NCBI RefSeq assembly: GCF_000143415.4
Contig: NW_003314265.1
Location: 2,931,181-2,995,180, forward strand
Length of the DNA: 64,000 nucleotides
Direction: 5' to 3'
Source of the DNA: Selaginella moellendorffii
Lineage: Eukaryota > Plantae > Lycopodiophyta
Below the pieces are notes generated by a model. It saw only the letters and a program-made list of their open reading frames with translations. It ran no database searches and was not told where the DNA came from. Positions 26,501 through 40,472 of this stretch are shown here, piece after piece; the stretch's first letter is position 1; each line of letters starts with the position of its first letter. The translations under genes were made by a program, and so were the position numbers.

Positions 26501-27490
26501 ACGACTCTCTACCAAAGTTGTTCGTGTAATGAGTAACTTTGAGCTAGGGACTGAATAACATACTTCATTTTGGATTTCACCCGATTTAATGGCCATATTG
26601 GCTTTAGCCTTCTTCGGGTAAGGACATTCCCTCGAAAAGTGTCCCGCTTCACCACAATTGTAGCATATGTTGTTTCCCATGCTGCTAAATGACTTGACCT
26701 TTTTATCCGTGGGTTTGTCTCTTTTTGCTTGACTCCCCCACGTATTTGCTCACTGGCCATCGGATTTGCCTTTCTAGAACCCCGAGGACTCATTCTTAGA
26801 GAAACTCTTCTTGAATTTCCCTTTGCTATACGTTCCCCTTGGTTTGGCCCCTTTGCTAAACGTGGGCCTCGACCCCGTCGTGTACCCCTTTCGCAAGTTA
26901 TCGTTGAAATGCACTTTGATGGCCGCATCCAATGCTTCCTTGTAGTTGGTCGGGTTCCAACGCATCACCTCACCGTGAGCCCAGGTTTGCAAACCTGATA
27001 TGAAGGCATGAAATGCATCCATATCCCCCATGTCCGTGACAAGTATCCTCTTTGCCATAAACCCATTCACATACTCCTGAATGGTTCTGGTCTACTTCAG
27101 CCTACTCAACTTGTCTCTTAGATGTAGAGTAGCATTCTGAGGAACATAAATCACGCGGATCCTTGCCTCCATCATTTCCCAAATGGCCACCGGTCCTTCG
27201 TTGGCCTCTGTCATTCTCCACCAAGACTTGGCATTATCTACCAAGTATGGTTTTGCACATAGGACCTTCTCTGAGCTTAGTAACCACAAGGCTTGGAAGT
27301 AGTCCTCCATATCGTAAAACCAATCCTCCACCACCTTATAATCATTCACTCCCTTGAAGACCGGTGGAGGCTTTGGTTTGTACTTGGGAATGTGAGACAC
27401 AAAATCCCTAGGCCCCAAAGTGGAGCCGGAAGGGTGCCACATGGTAGTGGCCGAAGCGAAAGCCAAACGAGTGTAACATGTTTTAACCAA
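23560..27490 (-). pseudogene. Ty3/Gypsy gag-pol remnant
   Basis: Gag KPKPPPVFKG..VEDWF, zinc knuckle CYNCGEAGHFSRECP, protease LINTGA, RT MPFGLCNAP..YFDDILIYS, RNaseH DASDFALG..TYEKEL, integrase GHGG..PTCQQVK..TIDFIMGLP. Confidence 0.93.
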
Positions 27491-27599
27491 AAGCTTCGAC
27501 TTGAAAGGTCAAGAGCGGGAGTGGAACTCCCAGCAAAGGGCTCGAGGAACAAGTACGAAGCGAGCAATAAGCGAGGCTCTAAAAAGGGACCCAAAAAGA

Positions 27600-27746
27600 C
27601 CAACACATGATACATGGATGAGTCTGAGATGGAGTCCGAGATGGATCCAAGATGGAGTCCGAGATGGAGTCCGAGATGGAGTTTGAGATGGACCCGAGTT
27701 GGAGTCCGAGATGGACCGAGACGGAGTCCGAGATGGAGTCTGAGAT
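27600..27746. repeat. (GAGTCCGAGATG)n minisatellite in the Gypsy leader; continues at 32521-32810
   Basis: Direct repeats interrupted by the P-like insertion. Confidence 0.85.
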
Positions 27747-30700
27747 CTCGGGATGGTCACTCTTTATAAGCATTATATATCATCTGCGTTCTGGAAGTTT
27801 AAAATAGGGGGCCTAGTATACTTTTTTTGTTGTTCATAATTTGCCCCATACCCTTACATATACGCATTTTTTCAAATCTTAAATAAACCCCCAATTCTTA
27901 TATATACGTGGAATATTCTGGTTATTTTTGCATAAAGCATATATATATATATCAATTGTCGTAGAAGGGTCAAATAATGTTTTTTATTAATGAATAATTC
28001 ATTAATAAAAAACATTATTTGACCCTTCTACGACAATTGATATTCCTGCTTTTATCTTTGACGAAATTATCAAAAACTTCCCTATCGTGTTGTGGAAGCG
28101 AATATCTCTCGACTTCTGGATGATATGATAATGATGCCAAAGCAATCAAACTTGTTAGTTCCACTAGCATATTATCAGGAAGATTGTATGTATACCATGA
28201 ATTCCCTCCGTCATCAGCTTCAGGAACATCACATTCCCTGTAGTAGCATAGGTTTATTTGAAAATCAGCAGAATCAACTGGAAGATTGGTTAATTCAATC
28301 ACTTCCCTTGTGTCCCTCCAGGTATTGTTCACTTTTTTCCTCATGGAAAGAATTCGACCAACATACCAAACAAACTTCAAATGACTTCCTTCCTGTTCTT
28401 CAAACCACAATGCACAATCACTCCCAACGCCAAGAGCTGTTTGTGCACTGAGATTTCTTCCTAGTTCATAAACTATCAAATTATTCTTCACCCATGTGAG
28501 CCGGTCTTTGGAGAGAAATGGATTTCCATTTAGCTGAGAAACGATGGTCGACTTGCAGATTTTCTTCCTGTCAACCAAAACTGTTGCTTCCACTTTTAAT
28601 GACTCAGAATCTTCAATATGATCCAGAACAGCATCAAAAGTATGCCTCAGTTCACTTGTTGCTTCAATAGGTTCTTCAGTAGCTTCTTCTCCTACTATAT
28701 GTTCCTCTTCAAACTGATCGACTATATCATGCTCTCCGGAATTTTCTAAAACCTTGTGAAAATCCTCAAAATCTTCAGGTTTATCCCACCAATCTCTTCT
28801 AGAGATGCCAAGGCCATGAAGAAGTTCTTGTGCTTTGGCTTTACCCTGAATCAGCTCATTAACTATCAGAGCATCTGTCTCCACCGAACTGTAATCCCCT
28901 AAGTCTGCTACTACTCTCTTCCCATCATGCTCTATCTTTTCCCAAATATTTTCCTGTTTCCTGTGAGCTTTAGAGAAAAGCAATGTACCTGCTGCCTCGC
29001 ATTCTGCTAGTATGTTCATACTAGTCGCACTATGAACAACATCAGCTCTGTCATAACACTGTTCATTCCCAATCATTCCTCCTATTTTGGAGAAAAAGTT
29101 CTTGCAAACATCAGAACCGGTTCTATCAATTGGGACTGGCAAATGTGAATGGTGATCCCGAAAATATCTATCTCAAAAGCAAAATTAACAAAAGAAAAAT
29201 ATATATGAAACATACCTGATTAGAAGGACGACAAAGTGACATGATAATTGAATGTCCAAGAAGGTTTCCTTGCTGATGAAGTTGTGTTTCAGGTTCCACT
29301 TGCTTTCCTTCAGTATCCACAACCTCCATAAACGAAAGAAGGACACCATTGATGCAGCTCTCACTCGCTCTCCAAGGCTCAAGTATGGGTGCAAAAAGAT
29401 ATCAATATATGATGCCACCACAACAAGATAAGTTTCGGTTCCCAGCGTACGTGAAGGTCTTCTGTATGTTGTTTCTCGCATAATCGAAAGACATACTTGC
29501 ACTGGCCTGCTATAAAGTCGCTGAGCAGCACCCCAGTTTTGTCTATCAGAGCGCCTGACATCCCCGAGTTGCAGTCCGTGTTTACCATGAAAGTTATCGA
29601 AAACTTCCCAAATGTCATTCAAATGCACAAACTCATCCCCCAAAAACAGTTGTCTTATTGCACTATGCAATGGATTGATCAGCTTCTTCCCATTATGCAC
29701 ATAGTCTTGATCATGTATCAAAAGGTTCCTTGTTGAGTTCCACTTTCCAGAGAATAGCCACCCTGACCAAGGTATAGAGTAAGTTCCTATTATTGTATCC
29801 CCTAGACTCATGTCTTCAAGCATTAGTTTATGCCTTCTCTGATCTCCATCCGATGAATGGCCAATCAAGGGGCCAACAACATTGTGAAGGTGTTGTCCCC
29901 ATATTTGATGGATCGAGCTCCATTGTTGTCAAACATCTGAAGCTGTAAACCGATTGCAAGTAAGCTGAATAGAGAGAACCAAGCATGGCAACTGTCTGTG
30001 CAATGGATTAACCATCAACACTCGTGCATAGTGAGCTTTCTCGTTGTCCAGAAAAGTCTGAGTGATCTGTTCATAACCTGCTTCTCCATTCCCAACCTTC
30101 ACGACAAAACCGTTCACACACTTGTGACCCTCCCCCTTCTTTCCACAAAACCCGAGCAAAGCATCATCACGAGCAATCCATCTGATCATCCTTTTAATAA
30201 CTGTTTCGTCTTCTGCAATCAAAACAGGCACACTCCCTAGCTTAAGCTGTAAACTCTCCATCTTGAACTTGTAAACCTTAGAAAGGTTCAAAATTATCTC
30301 GGATTGCAAACCTATTGTGTATCTAAAGTTTGTTCTCATGTCACGCTTTGTTGTCGACAAACTTGGCAATCCAAGGTTCAAGTGAAGGAAGTTGTTAAGC
30401 CTGCTCCCCCCCCACATTTTTGTTACTCGCAAAATCCATTTCGTGGTTTTATGGTACCTGTTAAAAGTGTAAGGAAAAAACTTTGAATAAATAAAAAAAT
30501 ACCTCATTCCTTGCTTTTTCCTAGTTATTCCCTACAGCAAATCTTGCATCACATGAAGAACTGTCTCCTTGCCCTTGAATTTGCCTTGTTGCCAAGCTTG
30601 TTTGAGATTAGAGCTGAATTTTCTGATATCCTTACGAATGGCGCTTTCCTTCAAAGTTTCTTTTAAGCTTCGACAATGAACTGAAAGAGCTGCTATCCTG

Positions 30701-32520
30701 CATCTTGTGGTTGATAGTTCCAATGCCAGCCTTCTATTCTCTGCTTGCACTAGCCTGCTGCTATCTATATGCTCAGTTGTAGTCAAGTCTCATTCCACGC
30801 CTCTTCAATCTTTGTCCTCGTGGTATTGTCGCTTTGCTTTCCCGTAAAGCACGTCCTTTGAAGTCACTACAAGCTGGTATTGTCATACAAAACTTGCACT
30901 GCTTGTTCTTGAATCCACAGATGTTGTTTGTCACTCTTAGACACTGTTTTGATCTGAATGTTCCGTTGACAACAACACCATTTGCTGCTACTTTGAAGTT
31001 TGGATCACAGAACCAACGACCTCCCTCTTTTACATCTTGGAGAAGAGGACGAACATTCACAGAACTCAAGCCATATTTGTAATCGTTTTGCCAGTATCCA
31101 AAACAAAGTCTTTCAATTCCTATCAACATACAACAGATTATACTATACAAGAAATCACACTATGTAAAGCATATGAAATGCTACTTACTTGAAGACTCAT
31201 CTGGAGATGCTATGAAGTTCTGAGAAGAACTACTTGACGAGACTCCTTTTCCTGAAAAAATTTAAACGACACACATTATTAACTTTACAAAAACTGGAAT
31301 GCAATTTCTTACCTCGTGTGAAATAGCTAAGGAGGTTTCCTTGTTTATTGTCAGTGTTTGCAACTTTAGTTGGCCGACCTCCAGTGCTTCTTTCTCAGCC
31401 AGCGTTCTTGTGCTTATTCCCAGAAATGTGAACCATCAGATTGTTCAGGAGACTCCCGGTAGGAGGAAAAAGCATTAACGTCTTCTCATACTGCTTGCAA
31501 CAAACCCGAATGTTGTTCCTCCTCTCAAAATTTCCTACACTTGGTTCGTAGAGAGTGAAGCAAACATTGTTCTCATCGCAAAACCTTTCCACGGTTTCAT
31601 TCATTAGCTTCTCCACTTCGTTTTTTATTTCCTCACGACTAGCAAGTTCAGCACCTTCATTAGCACCCTCAATAGGACTTTCCGCATCAGCTTTTTCCTG
31701 ATCATTTTTCTCCCGTTGCAGCTGATTTTTCATGTAGTTTGCTTCATGCCTAGCTCCACTGCAGTGCTTTGAAACGAAATTGTAACAGGTGTCTTTCAGG
31801 CCTCCTCCATAAACAATTCCACACTCCTGACACATGATTTTGAAGTGAGCGCATCCATCCCGGTCATATGAAAACAATTCAAACCTGCCTTTCCTCTCTT
31901 TTGCTCTCAGCTTTCTCTCATTCTGCTTGAGCGATCTCTTCCAGTCGTGTATCTCTTTAGCTGAAGCAAGTTTGGAATTCAAACCAGGTAAAAATCCAGT
32001 TGGATCTTCTTCATGAGCTTCACTGGTTGCTGCTGAAGATTGCCCCTCTTGAATTGGTTCTACTGCTGCAAGATTAAGCACACGAACCAGAACTTCAGCT
32101 CCAAAAAATGGATATCTCTTCTGCCTACATGTCATTGCAAGGGAAAGGGCACCCAAGAAGACAAAATCACTCTTAACAAGACCCTCAATCTCGTCTGAAA
32201 CAATAGCTTCGCGGAGCTGATGATAAGAACATTCCCTCTGAACCCTGACGAAACCCACAGGCTTCTTTTGATCCCATCCTCTACATACACAATAACATCA
32301 CGCTCCATACCTACTGTGCCTGAGATCTCTTGCCCTCTACAGCCTGCTACTGTAGAGAACCCTAGAGGAGCTCTGCCTCCTCCCCTACCCGTACGTATGA
32401 AATTTTTCAAATTAAACTCAACCCTAAGGCCTGTATGTATATGTACGGTTTGCACCCAAAATAACCCCAATCTGTACACGCAGATGATATATACAGTTAT
32501 ATAAGAGTGACCACCCCGAG
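27747..32520 (-). mobile_element. P-element-like DNA transposon, 4.8 kb
   Basis: Imperfect ~43-bp TIRs CTCGGGRTGGTCACTCTT...TATATATCATCTGCGT. 8-bp TSD TCTGAGAT (27739-27746 and 32521-32528). Confidence 0.8.
28015..32308 (-). pseudogene. P/THAP9-like transposase (multi-exon, degenerate)
   Basis: GLPSLSTTKR, IAEDET, HSSDGD, QDYVHNGKKLIN, DRQNWGAAQRL, GSDVCKNFFSKIGG. N-terminal C2H2-like fingers and a C-terminal Tudor-like WYVGRI segment. Confidence 0.7.
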
Positions 32521-34222
32521 TCTGAGATGGATCCAAGATGGAGTCCGAGATGGACCCGAGACGGAGTCCGAGATGGACCCGAGATGGAATCCGAGATGAA
32601 GTCTGAGAAGGAAAGATGGAGTCCGAGGTCGAGACCGAGACCGGGACCGAGACCAAGACAGGGACCGAGACCGAGACCGAGACCAAGATCGAGACCGAGA
32701 CTGAGATCGGGACCGAGACCGAGACCAAGGTTGAGGCCGAGACCGAGACCGAGCCCGAGTCCGAGTCCGAGTCCAAGTCCGAGTCCGAGTCCCAGTTCGA
32801 GTCTGAGAGGGTGAAAGCCCAAAGCGTTCGTCTCCCAAACCTTGGGGGTTTGGTGAGCTCCAAAAGTATAGTAAGAGGGAGGACTGCAGTGGAGCCAGTT
32901 TGGCTAGGAAAGGCCAGTTTGGCCCAGGAAGGCTGTACCCAAGTGTTGGGTGATGAGCTGACCACTGGGAAGTCCAAAACTAAAGTGAATACGGACCGAC
33001 AAGCGGGGTAGCTTGGTGAAGTATTCAAGAGCCGGCTCTAGTTCCCCCAGGAGATCGACTAACCGATGCTCCCAGTCCAAGTGTGGGTGGCACTACCTAC
33101 TTGGATACCAGGCGTGGCTCAACGGAACCTCGCTCTAAGCCCATGGCTAGAGCACCCAAAGGTGGAAGGTGGGGAGAGTACTCACGAGGCTTGCGTAAGG
33201 CCACGGTGTTCCAAAATGTTGTCCCAAAGGCCCAGACTGTGGAAAGGAAGAGGAGTAGTCCTCTGGTGTAGTGACCAAGGATACAGTCGTGCGGTGAGGA
33301 AGTCCCAGAGGACCGTGGGATTTAGTAGTCAGGCCTGTGGGCCTTGATCCAGTGGCAGTGTTGGCGAACACGGCCATGGGCAGAAAGGGACTTGGTGGGG
33401 ACCGGAAAGGGGATATTGGGGAAGGCTATTCCCCATGTCTGTGGGCACCCTAAGGATGCTAAGGAGTAGATCTGGGATGATCACTCGTGGACGGATGGCC
33501 CAATTTTTGAGAGACGGGACTGTGGTGTAGGTGGTGTTAGACCACCGGTGTGACTAAGGTGAATGGGCATGGCCTTAGCGTAATGGACTGATGTGTCGGT
33601 GGTACCTTGGGGTGTCGGTCATGGGATCGGACACGTGGAGCACTTGGACCAAGTGCAAAGGTTAAGTGGCAAAGATGCCATTCTCGGGGCTAGCAAGCCC
33701 AAGTCCAAAATAGAACTTATGGAGGTTGTGAGTGAGACTCCTCCAAGTGGTCGGAGGTGTGGTTAAGTGATTAAAGTAGAATGGAAAAATTAGTCACTTA
33801 CAAGGAACTGCCTGAGGGACTGATTCCACTTTGATTTGTTTGACCTTGTTTGGTTCTGCCTCAGTCCCTGCCGAAGGGTCCGCTAGCATCCGCAGTCTTT
33901 CGCCTTTTCTTTCGCTTCTCGTCACGCTTTAGCTTGCGTACGAAAGTCTTCAGCAGGGCATTGGTCTGTGCCAATTGTTCTTCTAGAATATCCAATCGAG
34001 CCTTGGAGGACCGAACCTCACCATCGGACTCCTGTTTGGAGGTTTCCTCACTGGAGTCTTTATGCAAGGATTCCTCATCCATAGCCTCTTGTTTGACTGA
34101 AGGCTCCAGCTCTAGAAGAGGTTCTGTCTCTGCCTTGGTTCATTTCCACCCTGCCTTTGTTATCTCCCAGCAATCCGCCTCTATCTTTCGCTAGAACTGA
34201 GGAAAAGGCTTCAATACCAAAT

Positions 34223-35351
34223 TGTAAGCCACAAATTTTTCCTTTCCAATTTGCCAGCTTACCTCGTCTATCCGACCAACATTGCCTTGGCTTTTGCTAA
34301 ATTCCCTCACCAAGGTTCTTGCCTATTGTACCAGCTCCTACTTGGTCCTACTTGGTTTCAGCTACTTATTGCACAAGCAATAGAGCATTAACCATCCATC
34401 CATAGATTCCCAAATCTCTCCCAATCCCCCTCCCCGGGTTAGACTAGACTTAAGGTTCAGTTACACTCCCACAGGCACAAACAACCAAGTACACCAAGCC
34501 TCCAGGTTCCCAACATCCCTTGGTATAACAAGACTTGATCATGGGACCTTCTAAATCCCAAGCTTTGGGTGCAACACTTGCTTCGGGACATCAGAGCGAA
34601 ACATCATGCCCTAACGGCCTAGTATGGGTACCTCAACCCCCCTACTTCCATCCTTCCATCCTGAAGGGAAGGCCCAAGCCTCTAGGAAGGGTGAGGACTA
34701 ATGAGCCATAAGGTACTCAAGTGGGGCACCACTCCACATGAGCCGGGAGCACTATAGTCGGTTTCCCTTTTGGGAGTTGGAGCTGCTCCTAAGCACTTCC
34801 TTGGGTGGCCCCTTCGACACCACCCGAGTCCATGCTTACTCCCACCCAAGGCCCCTTGGCCCTAGCCTCAACTTCAAGTCAGTTTGGAAGCATCATTGGA
34901 GAGTTCTTTCAAGACTAATTCCTAGACCTCACTATCCTTACTACACTTTTGGAACCCCCTGCAGCCCCCCCCCTGGGAGACACACACTTTGGGCTTTCAC
35001 CCCTTGACCTGTATTAGTACTCGAACTCGGTCTTAGACTGAATCCCGGACTCGATCTTGGACTCGATCTCAGACTCGATTTCGGACCCGATCTCGGACTC
35101 GACTTCGGACTCAACCTCAGACTCGGTCTCGGACCTGATCTCGGATCTCGGACTTTGTCTTGAACTCGGTCTCGAACTTGGTCTCCGAGTCGGCCTCGGA
35201 CTCGATCTCGGACTCTATCTCGAATTCTGTCTCAGAGTCGGTCTTGGACTCAATCTTAGACTCGGTCCCATCTGATGAACTCTTTGTCATTTCGGTCATG
35301 CTTTCAGGGATCCTTTTGGCCTACGACACCTCAGGGAGTTGGTTCCTGACA
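34223..35351 (-). repeat. 5' LTR of the Gypsy element
   Basis: TG..CA ends; followed on the minus strand by the PBS. Confidence 0.9.
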
Positions 35352-36778
35352 CTTCATGGCAAAAGCCTCACACAACTATGTTTACCAAAGCTTTTGACTT
35401 TTGCAAAAAAGATCACCTATAAAAATTATTAAAGATATTTTCTTGTTTAAAATGAAATGATTACCAAACTTTGCATCCATGGCAATGTTGGCTAGTTTAT
35501 ATTGGAGAAGATTTGATGAAAGGTTCCTTGCTTCCATTCTTTTGTGGAATAATAGCTTTGATCTATATTGCAAAATCAATTACTAATTAAGAAACACAAA
35601 AAATTTAAACATACTTGCTTGTTGCCTTTGAAACCCCAACTTGTTGTGACTCTAGTATATAATCTTCAATTAGGATAAATGAGCTCTAGAAAACACCTTT
35701 ACCATTTTAACTGTTTGTGATATTGTCCTAAAAGCTAAACATCAATTACAAGTCCCATAAAATCCATTTACAAGACTAATACTAGAATAAAGTTAGGTTA
35801 GATCACTATTGTCATTTTTTTTCATTAGCCCACTTAGTAGCTTTGATGAAGCTAAAAGGAAGTCAAGGATAACTAAGTCTAAAAAACTATTTAATAAGTG
35901 AGCACCAAAAAGATAAAAAAAAAATTACATACTTGATGTGAATGTTCACCAATAAAGGAAATTTGAGAGTAGCAATACATAAACTTCTTTAACTCCTTGA
36001 GAATTAACTTATACTACTTAAAAACCTCGATATTTAGAGTTTTTTCATCGTAATGCATATAGTTTTCAACTTTTATCCTATGGTGATTTACTATAGGATA
36101 ACTACGAATTGGAACCTAAGCCCTCCATATGCCACATGCCACGTGCCCAAATACAATAGAGTGAAACTTGAGTTTTAGAGCCTTAAGCCATTAAATGAAA
36201 GAATGGAGCCAAATTCTCAAGCTTACAGCCAAGGACCAAGAGTGATAGGATAGGAGTATAGAGTGATATTAGAGCAATTTTAGAGCTTCCAACATCCCAA
36301 TATCAAGAGCAACACCCAAAATGGAGCCAAATGGAGTTTGAAGTATTTTTAACATACCGATGGCCTAACTTGAGGATATAAGTACTTCACCAATTAACTT
36401 AGAGTAGAATTTGGGCTTAGACCCAAATTAGATGCAGAACAAAGATAGACAAGATTCCCAATTTACCCATTATCCCTACTATATATTTGAAACCCCTTAT
36501 GACCCCACCCCACACCCCACCCTAGGGAATGCATGTTTTGAGCTTTCACCTTTACTCACATTTAATACCAAAAGTTAATTTCTAAGACAAGTGTGAAACT
36601 TACTAAATATGGAATGGCACTATATTGTGAATTTGGACACAAGATCAACACCATTGTGTTCAAAACAATCTCTACATTCCGTAGATATGCCAAATTAGCA
36701 AATTTAGATACTTTCCATAAATAGTTAATGAAACCAAATGAGACAAACACATAGGGCTTAATAGCGAGGGTGTTTAGT

Positions 36779-37040
36779 CAACATAGTAAGCTATCATCTA
36801 GCAATATTGAAGGACCAAACTCAATATCATAGAGGTCTTTATTAAGCCAATGCAAGATAGAACAAAAGAGAACTAACAAACCGAGCCAAGTATACTTGGC
36901 TAAATAAACATATAGTAAGCTATCATCTAACAATATTGAAGGACCAAACTCAATATCATAGAGGTCTTTATTAAGCCAATGCAAAATAGAACAAAAGAGA
37001 ACTAACAAACCGAGCCAAGTATGCTTGGCTAAATAAACAT
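36779..37040. repeat. ~130-bp tandem duplication
   Basis: atagtaagctatcatct...aaccgagccaagtat(a/g)cttggctaaataaacat occurs twice. Confidence 0.85.
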
Positions 37041-40000
37041 TTAGGAATTCCTTTTTTATGCTCGTTTGGCCAAATACAAATATTAAATCAAGTTTATTAA
37101 CACTTGAATAAAAGGGACTGATAAAGTGTCCAACAATACTGACCTTCTGCCATTATAGCAGTAAAGAAAAAATATCTGAAAGGACTAGCCAATAGGTAAC
37201 TTTCAATACTTGCAATCATATTCACAACACTCATCTTCATTAGTCTCAAGATTGTCATCAAAATCCTCATCAACGTATTTCTTATATGTCTTATAGCCCT
37301 CTTAAAAAACAACTTCGGCTAAGTTTTCCATAGCTCTATGCTGAAAAACAAAGTGGCTAAGTGCTTTTGGTGTCTCATCTGGATCATCAATATATAATTT
37401 CTACCCAAGCTTGTGAGAAAGCTTTCTTCTTTTCTTCTTTGAAACTTGGACCTCTTCTTGATTTGACGTTGTTGTGGTGCTGAAGGTGAAGCAAAAATGT
37501 GAAACTCATATATGCAAAATTGGTTCAAGGAAAATTAATTTACAACTAATCTAACTACCAAGGACAATTTTCCCGCTCATAGTTTAACTCTAATACATTT
37601 AGGCAGCTTCTCATCCCCATATATATAGGTTGCATTCCATATAGATTTGACCTAAAAAATAAAGAAATTAAAACTTGAAGAGTACAAATTAATGTAAGTG
37701 TTAATTGTATATAAGACATTAGCCAACTTTCTACATTATTGCATCATTTGTCTCATCTCTTTGGTTTTCATTGTCATTCTCTTCAATTTTAGCTTTACTA
37801 GACAATATTTGAAGCTACAGCCAAATCTATAGAATGTCAATCTCAAATTCACACTTGTTGTAATACTCTAACACTGTTTTGTACTTTGATTGATCTATTC
37901 TAGAGAAGAGTTTTTCACCCACCTTGTCAATATACTCAATTTCTTTCTCCACGATCTTCATGTTCATCACCTTTTTCCTCCATCAAACTCAAAATGTCTT
38001 ATCAATAGTCAAGACTAAAGAGTGGATAACCTTAGACAATCCACCAGCTACTCTGAACTCCTTGAATGCTGCTAGCTTGTATAAATTTAGAATTCGTGCC
38101 AAAATTATTATGTTCAACTTCTCAAATATGCATTATTTATACTATGAATCCTCTATATTGAAGTTCATCACAACATCAAATCATTCCTCCCCAAGATTAG
38201 GATGTTAGATATTGATCAACTTCATCATCTTTATTATATGTTTTTGCTTGATTTTGTAAGTGTAGCGCATGTGATTATGGGATGAGATTTGGATATACTG
38301 TCACCGTGGATCCTTGGAACCTTAGGGGATAAATGGGGATAAAATAGCCATTAAGGGCTCTCTCATCAAGTAATTGCCCCTTTTCCAGTTGGCTTAAGGG
38401 GAGAGAGATAAAGTGCGCTATAGTACTCTTCTTTAGTAAGGGTATTAACATCAGAGCTCTTCTTCTTCAATCCCTCCAAGTCTTACTAAAGAAGCAAAAT
38501 AAAACTCGAAATAAGTACTTGAATAAATTTAAGTACCTTGAATAAGATGGGAATTTGACATAGTTATTGTGCTTCTTAAACTAGTTTTCCTTGAGTTGGA
38601 TTTTTTCTTCATCTGTGAGTTTTTTTCTTTTATAATCTTGCTAACATCTGTTTAAAGAATGTTTTGCAGAGCCATGATTGTATGTGGAAGGGTCATTTTG
38701 ACTACCGTATTTTCATGTTGCTTACATAAGAAAAATTATGTCAATAAAGAATATAGAGAATAAATAAGTATGTCTATTCATTGAAGTTAAAGTTGCAATG
38801 AGTGCTACACAATCTTTATCATGGAACTCTATCACTGCAACATCTACTATGATAGAGTATCTCAAATCTTTTCATATCCATGAAAACCATGCTTTGAGTT
38901 AGTGATTTCCTTTCTATACAACTAGCATTTAATTGGAAAAAACATCCTTTCATTTGGTATAAATTTTATTCTTTAAAGTGGCCTTGAATTCCATGTTAAA
39001 CCACTACTATGTCTCATTCTAGGAAACTCTTTTTTCATTTAAGAGTGCTAAACCTTGCCACAATAAACTTAAACTCTATTTGCATAAAGCTTTGTTATTG
39101 AATGGAAAACCTAAGTTGGTTCACAATGTCAATCACTAATTGCATCACTAGATTCAAGATCATTTGACATAAAGGCACTTAGGGAGGTAGAACTTTCTTT
39201 TTGATTTTCAGTTATTGTAACAAATTTGAAACAACTTCCACTTTGAATTTCAAGGGATAATCAAGTGAACTTGTATTTAGAACTTCTTCTCGTATTCATG
39301 GCTTTGCTTTCCACTTTTTTTTGCTTTAACCCCATTTTTGGCTTTACATGGTTCTTCTATAGTTGATCTTGTTTGTGCAGTTTGACTCTCCAAAGGGTCA
39401 AAACTGTCATCTTTCTCTTCTTCATCTTATTATTGCTCCTCTTCCTCCTCAAACTCATCTCCAAGAAATTTGGGATTCTTTGTTTGCTCAAAATTCTCAA
39501 TTTGCTTGCCTTTTAAATTGTTTGATGAATCTTGAGAAGGGTTCTTTTGCCCATGTTATGCCCATATTCCTCATGGTATAGATAACAATATTCTTGATAA
39601 ATATTACCTTCTTCCACATATTTTAACAACTCGCTAAAGTCTAGAAAGAGTAAACATAAACCTAAAAAAAGTAAAAACTTAAGATCAGTAATTACAAATC
39701 ATGGTGGCTAAGTGCAAGAATCAGCCATGAATCAAAGCTACCACACTCAACACCACCATGCTTCAACTATTTCAAACTATTATAGGAGGAACCATAGCAC
39801 CACTCCCCCTTAAAGCTCTATTTCGTTAAAATGGGATTTATTCAGTAAAATGGGACTAGGTACAAATTTTCAAGTATTTGAAAATGACGTGAAATTATAT
39901 GTTTTTTGTCCAAGGGCTAGACATATCTGGGGCATGGTGACTAGCGCGGTGACTTTATGTCCAGACTGTGTCCATCTGGTTGTATAATAAATCTCATTGT

Positions 40001-40472
40001 CAAGGTGAACAAGCCGAATCTGAAGCTAAAGAAGAGCGATGGCATGCGCGCACACACTATTTGTTTGTTCATTGAGCGTGTGGTGAGCTTTCCAAGATGA
40101 ACGTCATTCCTATTAGCCGGACATATAACTTAATGGTGAGAACATTTAGATATTATTCAATGTTATCTTTTTCTAACGAATCTAATTGTGAAGGTGTAGC
40201 AAGAGGCATTGCTAGTCTGGAGAAGTCATTTAACTCATTTGACCCTTAGTGTATTTTCATGAAACTAAATAACATTCATATTATTAAGGAATTTCTCTAG
40301 TACCTTTTTTTTACGACATAGAGGCTTGCATTTCTTTCAAAGGTGATTTAGTAAAAGGCCTGAGGGCACATGCCATTCTATTTCTCAGACTGGTATTAAG
40401 ATATACTAGTGCAAAGGGAAAAAAGTATTTGGTGATCAAGTAAATGGCATGAGGGCACACGCCATTATAAGC

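Larger units (their letters stand above)
11706..35351 (-). mobile_element. Ty3/Gypsy LTR retrotransposon (~8.1 kb without inserts) hosting nested MULE and P-like elements
   Basis: ~1.1-kb LTRs (TGTAAG...CCTTACA/CCTGACA) at 11706-12800 and 34223-35351. tRNA-Met-like PBS TGGTATTGAAGCC at 34207-34219 and PPT-like tract at 12801-12816. gag-pol on minus strand. TSD imperfect (TCTCA/CTTCA). Confidence 0.8.

Noticed and set aside
32424-33028. Long ORFs of (GL)n, (SR)n, (ET)n and (RP)n, also seen in the LTR copies
   Set aside because: Artefacts of stop-free hexamer minisatellites, not genes
35352-39800. AT-rich region with short ORFs and a weak possible TIR pair (~36020 and ~36775)
   Set aside because: No recognisable domain or convincing TIR/TSD; probably decayed TE
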